From contig OY760142.1 of assembly GCA_963663225.1 (NCBI GenBank), positions 672,001 through 736,000 on the forward strand: a DNA stretch of 64,000 nucleotides, in the 5' to 3' direction. The translations under genes were made by a program, and so were the position numbers. This document shows positions 58,162 through 64,000 of this stretch, piece after piece. The stretch's first letter is position 1; each line of letters begins with the position of its first letter. The notes below the pieces were generated by a model that was not told where the DNA came from, did not search any database, and worked only from the letters and a program-made list of their open reading frames with translations. The stretch is from Nitrospirota bacterium. GTDB taxonomy: Bacteria > Nitrospirota > UBA9217.

Positions 58162-59694
58162 TTACTGGATATCTGCCTTTCCGATATTTTCTCCTCCCTT
58201 AGTAGTTCCGGCAGTATACCCATTGGTAGATCGTTTCCCGAGTTTTAAAAGCCCTTTTTCTATCAATCGCTGAGCTGATTGTGCTACCTGCGGATCAAAC
58301 TGCCGCCCCGATTCCCTTGTAAGTTCCTGTAATACGTTTTCAGGAGGAATCATGCTTCGATACGGGCGTTCAGACACCATGGCTTCCACTGTATCAGCCA
58401 CCGCGAGAATTCTTGCCGTAAGCGTAATCTCCTCTCCGGCAAGTCCTTGTGGATATCCATTTCCATCGTATCGTTCATGGTGCTGGTGGATTGCATCAAT
58501 AATCTCGGGAGGAAATCCAATCGGTTCGAGAATCCTCACACCATACGCCGGGTGGTCCTTCATAATATTAAATTCTTCCTCGCTTAATTGGTTCGGCTTG
58601 CTGATGATGAGGTCACTAATGCCGATTTTGCCCACATCATGCAGAATGGCCGCGATATGAATATCCTCGAGTTCTATCGGTTTCACTCCCATGTCACGAG
58701 CAATTTCAACTGCATATCGTGCTACGTTGGTTGAGTGCCACCGAGTGTAAGGATCCTTTGCTTCAACCGCAGCGACGAGCGCTTGAATGGTACGAAAATA
58801 ATTCTCCTGCAAATCCTCAAAAAGTCCTGCATTTTCCATGGCAGTCACTACTTGCGTCGCCAGAATCGTAACAATCTGCAAGTCACTCGTAGTAAAAGCG
58901 GTACCGGAAAATTTACCTACGTTAAGAACGCCAAAAAACTTATTTTTCCCCATCAGCGGGACGGACATGCACGATGATGGGGAGTTCTCCTTGTTCATTG
59001 CGCTCATTACTTCTAGGTCTTGATGATGACCTGCAGAAATAATAAGTGGTTTTCCGTACTTGTACACTAAACCTGAAACTCCCTCTCCCTGTTTGCGACA
59101 TGCCCGGAGGGCAATATCAGCCGGAAGACCGTGGGAAGCACGAATCAAAAGATTTTCGGAAGCATCATCTACCAACATCAGGGAGACCCTGTCAGCGGAG
59201 AATTCCTGCACTAAGATATTAGTTATTAGCGTAAAGAGATTTTCGAGATCAATCTCTGTTACAAGCAGTTTACTGATTTCGAACAAAGGAATAAGTGCCT
59301 TGAGTCGAATATTTTCTTTTTTTAAACGGCAGCGATTTATCGTGCGATCCACGGCATTAAGAAGTTCTTCCTGGGTAAACGGCTTGAGCACAAAAGCATC
59401 TGCCCCCCGCCGGAGAGACTCAATAGCGATATCGAGAGTTGCATGTCCCGTGATTAAAATTATCATAATGTCCTGGTTCAAGCTCTTGGCCCGTTCAATA
59501 AGTTCTAAGCCGTCCATACCAGGCATCTTAACGTCTGTAATAAGGAGATCTGCAGATATGTGATTAAGTTCTTCTAAGGCTGCCGCAGCATTAGAAACAG
59601 TGTTGACTTGATATCCTTCGTCCATCAGCATATGATTGCATAAACTCCGGATCATGTGCTCATCATCTACAACCAGAATTTTCTCACCGGCCAT
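58162..59694 (-). CDS. REC-GAF-HD-GYP cyclic di-GMP phosphodiesterase
   Basis: REC TDVKMP; GAF; EAKDPYT.WHS, HDVGK, HHERYDGNGYP, ADT. Confidence 0.92.
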   Translation of the reverse strand: MAGEKILVVDDEHMIRSLCNHMLMDEGYQVNTVSNAAAALEELNHISADLLITDVKMPGMDGLELIERAKSLNQDIMIILITGHATLDIAIESLRRGADAFVLKPFTQEELLNAVDRTINRCRLKKENIRLKALIPLFEISKLLVTEIDLENLFTLITNILVQEFSADRVSLMLVDDASENLLIRASHGLPADIALRACRKQGEGVSGLVYKYGKPLIISAGHHQDLEVMSAMNKENSPSSCMSVPLMGKNKFFGVLNVGKFSGTAFTTSDLQIVTILATQVVTAMENAGLFEDLQENYFRTIQALVAAVEAKDPYTRWHSTNVARYAVEIARDMGVKPIELEDIHIAAILHDVGKIGISDLIISKPNQLSEEEFNIMKDHPAYGVRILEPIGFPPEIIDAIHQHHERYDGNGYPQGLAGEEITLTARILAVADTVEAMVSERPYRSMIPPENVLQELTRESGRQFDPQVAQSAQRLIEKGLLKLGKRSTNGYTAGTTKGGENIGKADIQ

Positions 59695-59792
59695 AGTTCA
59701 CTCCATTTTTTTCACTGTTTCATATCAGGCCATCCGCAGTTTTTGCCGTTGGCCCATGTTTATGTTAATCATTAAGCTTTCGTATATTATCA

Positions 59793-59828
59793 CAAAAAAA
59801 AAACCCTGTAAACTCAGTACAGGGTTTT
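59793..59828 (-). terminator. Terminator of the rpoA-rplQ operon
   Basis: AAAACCCTGTA...TACAGGGTTTT stem with a long T-tract on the minus strand. Confidence 0.85.
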
Positions 59829-59900
59829 CGTGGAACCAATAGTTTTCCATCGGCGTGTCACCAATCGGAAGTTATGTTTTGCGGTCAAGAAGATTAAAAC

Positions 59901-60416
59901 TTATTCTGCTGATTTTTCCGCTTTTTTCGTTGACGCATTTCTTTTCGTCTTTTGTTTCTCTGTGTCCTTAGCGTCTTCTGTTTTAGCGGGTTTTTTTGCA
60001 GCTTTTACTTCATTTTTTGATTTTTTTTCTGTTTTTTTAGGTTCAGCTGTTTCCTTCTTCTGCCGTTCCACAAATTCTATAACCGCCATAGGTGCGGCAT
60101 CGCCTAAACGATTGCGGGTTAATACAATTCTGGTATATCCGCCATTGCGTGAAGAGAATCTCGGAGCTACCGTTGTAAACAAGCTATTTACCACAGATTC
60201 GTCCTGGATAAAACTGAGTGCTTGCCGTCTGGAATGCAAATCACCACGTTTAGCCAAAGTAATCATTTTTTCAACAAGAGGCCTGATCTCTTTGGCTCTA
60301 GCAGTAGTTGTCTCGATTTTTTCGTTTTTTATTACTGCCCCTACAAGCATTCTCAACAATGCTTTGCGATGCCCTGAATCTCTTCCAAACTGTCTGCCTG
60401 CACAACCGTGTCTCAT
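59901..60416 (-). CDS. rplQ: 50S ribosomal protein L17 (with Lys-rich tail)
   Basis: [33 protein letters not shown]. Confidence 0.97.
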   Translation of the reverse strand: MRHGCAGRQFGRDSGHRKALLRMLVGAVIKNEKIETTTARAKEIRPLVEKMITLAKRGDLHSRRQALSFIQDESVVNSLFTTVAPRFSSRNGGYTRIVLTRNRLGDAAPMAVIEFVERQKKETAEPKKTEKKSKNEVKAAKKPAKTEDAKDTEKQKTKRNASTKKAEKSAE

Positions 60417-60454
60417 TTTTTAATTCCTTATCTCTGTGATCGTAGGTAATATGT

Positions 60455-61477
60455 TTAAGCTTCGCTCGGCCGTTCTGCAAGAAGCCGCCGCGCTTCTGTC
60501 ACAATTTTATCATCAACTCTCATGCCGAGACTCAAACCCATTTCTGAGAGTATTTCTTTAATTTCATTAAGAGATTTTCTGCCGAAGTTCTTTGTTTTCA
60601 GCATTTCGCTTTCCGTTTTTTGCACCATCTCCGCAATGGTTTCAATTCCCGCATTTTTGAGACAGTTTGCTGCCCGGACAGAAAGTTCTAACTCATTAAC
60701 ACTCCGGAGCAGATTTTCATTAAACGGTGGGACCTTCCTGATTTCCTCTTCCAGAACCGGAGTTTCTTCTTCCTCCTCCGGCAGATGTATAAAAACGGCC
60801 AGATGATCTTTCAGGACTTTAGCCGCATGGGCTATAGCATCATCCGGACGGATGCTGCCGTCCGTTGAAACCTCAAGGACGAGCTTATCGTAGTCTGTGT
60901 CCTGTCCAACACGGGCATTTTCTACTTTGAAATTTACTTTGCGAATTGGAGAAAAAATCGAGTCAATCGGGATAACACCGATAGGCTGCCCTGGTTCTTT
61001 ATTCTTGTCTGAAGCGACATATCCCCTGCCGCGGCGCGCCCTCATTTCAATCTCCAGTTTGCCGCTTTTATCAATTGTTGCGATATGCAGATCCGGATTC
61101 AGTACTTCCACTTCCGGGTCGGATTCAATGTCCTTTGCAAATACATCTCCCGGGCCTTTTGCTCTAAGAAAAATAGTTTTCGTTTTATCTGTATGCAGTT
61201 TTAAACGGACTTCTTTTAAGTTTAGAATCAACTCCGTAGTATCTTCTACAACACCCGGAATGCTGGAAAACTCATGCTGAACTCCGCCAATTTTTAGCGA
61301 TGTAATAGCAGATCCTTCAAGCGACGAGAGAAGAACTCTTCGTAAGGAATTACCTAAGGTAGTGCCAAAACCGCGTTCCAGCGGCTCAGCTGTAAATTTT
61401 CCGAATGTATCTGTTATTTTTTTAGGATCGTATTGAAGCTTTTTAGGCATCTGAAAATCCTTGATTTTTTTAAGCAT
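60455..61477 (-). CDS. rpoA: RNA polymerase alpha subunit
   Basis: [39 protein letters not shown]. Confidence 0.99.
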   Translation of the reverse strand: MLKKIKDFQMPKKLQYDPKKITDTFGKFTAEPLERGFGTTLGNSLRRVLLSSLEGSAITSLKIGGVQHEFSSIPGVVEDTTELILNLKEVRLKLHTDKTKTIFLRAKGPGDVFAKDIESDPEVEVLNPDLHIATIDKSGKLEIEMRARRGRGYVASDKNKEPGQPIGVIPIDSIFSPIRKVNFKVENARVGQDTDYDKLVLEVSTDGSIRPDDAIAHAAKVLKDHLAVFIHLPEEEEETPVLEEEIRKVPPFNENLLRSVNELELSVRAANCLKNAGIETIAEMVQKTESEMLKTKNFGRKSLNEIKEILSEMGLSLGMRVDDKIVTEARRLLAERPSEA

Positions 61478-61587
61478 GGCTCCTCCGAAACGGAGTGAAT
61501 AAAATAATTATGATTGAGCAAAAAAGATATATCTGTTGAGGTAAGTTTTTGCTCCAAGTTCTCTGAAATGTGGAAACCGATTAAGTC

Positions 61588-62217
61588 TTATTTTGAATAG
61601 AGTTCGACGACAAGCTGCTCTTTCACTGTCGGCAGAGTACACTCGTCCCTTGCCGGCAATGCCAAGACTTTTCCGCGAAATTGCGTCTTATCGATTTCTA
61701 GCCACGTAGGAAATCCTCGTTTCTCTACTGCAGATAGGGTTTGCTGTATCTGGGCTATGTTTCGGCTTTTTTCCTTCAGTTCTACAATGTCTCCTGCCTT
61801 CAGCACATACGAGGGGATATTGACCTTTCGTCCATTTACCAGCAAATGACCGTGACGAACAAGTTGCCGTGCTTCTTTTTTAGAACCAGCAAAGCCCATT
61901 CTCTGAATTATATTATCCAATCGCCGTTCCAAAAGCTGCAGCAGATTATCACCGGTAATACCCTTCATGCGCTCAGCTTTTTCGAAATAGCCCCGGAATT
62001 GCCTTTCCAGCACACCATATACCCGCCGGATTTTTTGTTTTTCTCTGAGCTGCAAACTATATTCAGACTGTTTGACTCTCGCTTGACCATGCTGTCCGGG
62101 CGGATAGCTTCTGCGAGTTATTCCGCATTTATCCGTATAACAACGCTCCGCCTTTAGAAAAAGCTTCATTCCTTCTCTTCTGCAAAGCTTGCAAACTGAT
62201 CCAATATATCGTGCCAA
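61588..62217 (-). CDS. rpsD: 30S ribosomal protein S4
   Basis: [30 protein letters not shown]; TTG start with SD GGAGG. Confidence 0.98.
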   Translation of the reverse strand: MARYIGSVCKLCRREGMKLFLKAERCYTDKCGITRRSYPPGQHGQARVKQSEYSLQLREKQKIRRVYGVLERQFRGYFEKAERMKGITGDNLLQLLERRLDNIIQRMGFAGSKKEARQLVRHGHLLVNGRKVNIPSYVLKAGDIVELKEKSRNIAQIQQTLSAVEKRGFPTWLEIDKTQFRGKVLALPARDECTLPTVKEQLVVELYSK

Positions 62218-62261
62218 GTGTTTCTTCCTCCATTACTTACTGTTAAATACAGAAAAACTTA

Positions 62262-62636
62262 CTATACCCGTCTTCGTTTTGGCGGTCTGCAACCATTGTG
62301 GGGAATCGGAGTTACGTCCTTAATCGCAACAATTTCTAGGCCGGCGGCCTGTATCGATCTGATCGCAGATTCCCGGCCGGTTCCAGGGCCTTTAACATAC
62401 ACTTCAACCTGTTTCATTCCATGTTCCATTGCCTTTTTGGCCGCCGTCTCTGCAGCAAGTTGAGAGGCAAATGGGGTACTTTTTCTGGATCCTTTGAATC
62501 CTTTATTACCAGCACTTGACCAGGTAACTACATTTCCAGCCGCATCTGTAATTGTGACTATCGTATTATTAAATGAAGCATGGATATGGGCAATGCCGTT
62601 TGAAATATTCTTTTTTTCTTTCCCCTTTTTTGCCAT
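62262..62636 (-). CDS. rpsK: 30S ribosomal protein S11
   Basis: [32 protein letters not shown]. Confidence 0.99.
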   Translation of the reverse strand: MAKKGKEKKNISNGIAHIHASFNNTIVTITDAAGNVVTWSSAGNKGFKGSRKSTPFASQLAAETAAKKAMEHGMKQVEVYVKGPGTGRESAIRSIQAAGLEIVAIKDVTPIPHNGCRPPKRRRV

Positions 62637-62687
62637 TGTATCTCCTGTTATATATACAGCTTCAACCGCTATTGCTCAGCAACACGG

Positions 62688-63080
62688 CTACTTTTTCGCC
62701 AGGCCTTTTTTCTTCCCTCGACCGGACATCGCTGATTTTTTAGGTCCTTTTCTTGTTCTCGCATTGGTTTTCGTTCTTTGGCCCCGCGCAGGCAACCCTC
62801 TGCGATGCCTGAGACCCCGATAGCTGCCGATGTCCATCAGACGTTTAATGTGGGCCGTTATATCGCGCCGAAGATCGCCCTCGACGGTGAAATCGCGATC
62901 CAAAATAGTACGAATTTTGACTATATCAGACTCAGTAATATTTCCGCTCTTAGTATTCGGATCGACACCAGCAGCAGCAAGAATTTTTTTTGCGGATGTC
63001 GGCCCTATCCCATAAATATAAGTAAGCGCAATTTCAATTTTTTTATCTTTCGGTAAATCTATACCGGCAATTCGCGCCAC
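62688..63080 (-). CDS. rpsM: 30S ribosomal protein S13
   Basis: [33 protein letters not shown]. Confidence 0.99.
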   Translation of the reverse strand: MARIAGIDLPKDKKIEIALTYIYGIGPTSAKKILAAAGVDPNTKSGNITESDIVKIRTILDRDFTVEGDLRRDITAHIKRLMDIGSYRGLRHRRGLPARGQRTKTNARTRKGPKKSAMSGRGKKKGLAKK

Positions 63081-63165
63081 GGTTCCTCCTCATACATACA
63101 TCGTCTTCCGTAATAGAGATCTGGTTCTGGACACCATGATCCCGCTGATGACAGAATTATTGATT

Positions 63166-63279
63166 TTACCCCTGCCGCTGTTTATGGCGTGCATTGTCAC
63201 AAATCACACGAACAATACCTTTTCGCCTGATGATCATACACTTAGGGCAAATTTTGCGAACTGACGAACGAACTTTCAT
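63166..63279 (-). CDS. rpmJ: 50S ribosomal protein L36 (Zn-binding type)
   Basis: Read by hand: [37 protein letters not shown]; below the ORF-track cutoff. Confidence 0.97.
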   Translation of the reverse strand: MKVRSSVRKICPKCMIIRRKGIVRVICDNARHKQRQG

Positions 63280-63332
63280 TTCATACCACATCCATTTCTT
63301 CAGGATTTTATGCGTATTTTGCAAACACAATG

Positions 63333-63551
63333 CTACTTGAAACGATACGTAATTCTCCCTCTTGTCAAATCATAAGGAGTAAGTTCAACTGTCACTTTGT
63401 CTCCGGGAAGTATTTTAATAAAATGCATGCGCATTTTACCGGAAATATGTGCCAGTATTTTGTGGCCGTTTTCCATTTCAACCCGAAACATGGCGTTCGG
63501 GAGCGTCTCCAGCACCGTACCTTGTACCTCTATGGAATCTTCCTTAGCCAT
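63333..63551 (-). CDS. infA: Translation initiation factor IF-1
   Basis: [31 protein letters not shown]. Confidence 0.99.
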   Translation of the reverse strand: MAKEDSIEVQGTVLETLPNAMFRVEMENGHKILAHISGKMRMHFIKILPGDKVTVELTPYDLTRGRITYRFK

Positions 63552-63603
63552 CTTCCCGTTTTACCATGTTCCTATATAGTCTTGATTCCGTACTTAAAAA
63601 AGT

Positions 63604-64000
63604 TTATTTTGTCGTCAGTATCCAAGGACCTTCAGGCATAATTGCAACTGTATGCTCAAAGTGCGCCGAAAGACTGCCGTCTGCCGTTACTGCAGTCCAG
63701 TTATCATCCTTCACAACTGTTGCGCTTCCTCCCGTGTTGACCATTGGCTCAATAGCCAATACCATTCCCGGTTTCAACCTCGGTCCCTGGCCGCGGGTGC
63801 CGAAATTCGGAATTTGTGGATCTTCGTGAAGATTTCTTCCGATCCCATGGCCCACAAAATCCTTAACGACTGAATAGCCTTCTGATTCAACAAAAGCCTG
63901 TATTGCATACGAAACATCATACAAGTGATTTCCCGGCTGTGCTTTTTCTATCCCCAGCGCAAGAGCTTGTTCTGTGGTACGAATTAAGCGTTCCGCCTCA
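63604..64000 (-). CDS. map: Methionine aminopeptidase type I (5' part outside window)
   Basis: GHGIG..LHEDP, AIEPM, SAHFEHT. Confidence 0.96.
   Translation of the reverse strand, partial: EAERLIRTTEQALALGIEKAQPGNHLYDVSYAIQAFVESEGYSVVKDFVGHGIGRNLHEDPQIPNFGTRGQGPRLKPGMVLAIEPMVNTGGSATVVKDDNWTAVTADGSLSAHFEHTVAIMPEGPWILTTK

Noticed and set aside
59745-59772. TTATGTTAA resembling a dif XerD half-site (similar at ~48380)
   Set aside because: No matching XerC half-site at 6-bp spacing.
59901-60060. Lys/Glu/Ala-rich C-terminal extension of L17
   Set aside because: Such low-complexity tails are common in L17 from many phyla.

Overview
Bacterial chromosomal window with about 55 CDS. Gene content and order suggest an anaerobic Nitrospirota- or Desulfobacterota-like organism, though this is an inference. 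From 1 to ~44 kb it is GC-richer housekeeping DNA, mostly on the minus strand: AKR, hybrid kinase, orphan E1 alpha/beta pair, apt, two-subunit fumarase, PilB/GspE ATPase, proS-ispG-rseP-dxr-cdsA-uppS, GH57, NtrX-like regulator, transaldolase, purH, a GntR-controlled GlcD/GlcF-type lactate/glycolate dehydrogenase, and an operon running from an SMC-like ATPase through tmk, holB, PSP1 and metG to a TatD-radical SAM fusion. From ~44.7 to 64 kb it is visibly AT-richer: thioesterase, tRNA methyltransferase, HpaA-like lipoprotein, two recently duplicated lactate permeases flanking a MarR gene, a degenerate IS1595-type transposase, GH13, HD-GYP and the map-infA-rpmJ-rpsM-rpsK-rpsD-rpoA-rplQ cluster. 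The best novelty candidate is an unannotated ~310-370 nt multi-helix RNA (44772-45138). It has its own sigma70 promoter and 3' U-tract, and lies back-to-back with a full-length TrpE/PabB homologue that has lost its catalytic motifs. Other notable items: a conserved leader hairpin and orphan anti-16S/SD elements in the lctP leaders, a promoter-bearing 75-aa two-repeat protein, and a DnaA-box-like array. No tRNA, rRNA or CRISPR array was seen. All calls come from reading motifs by eye; no database searches were run.
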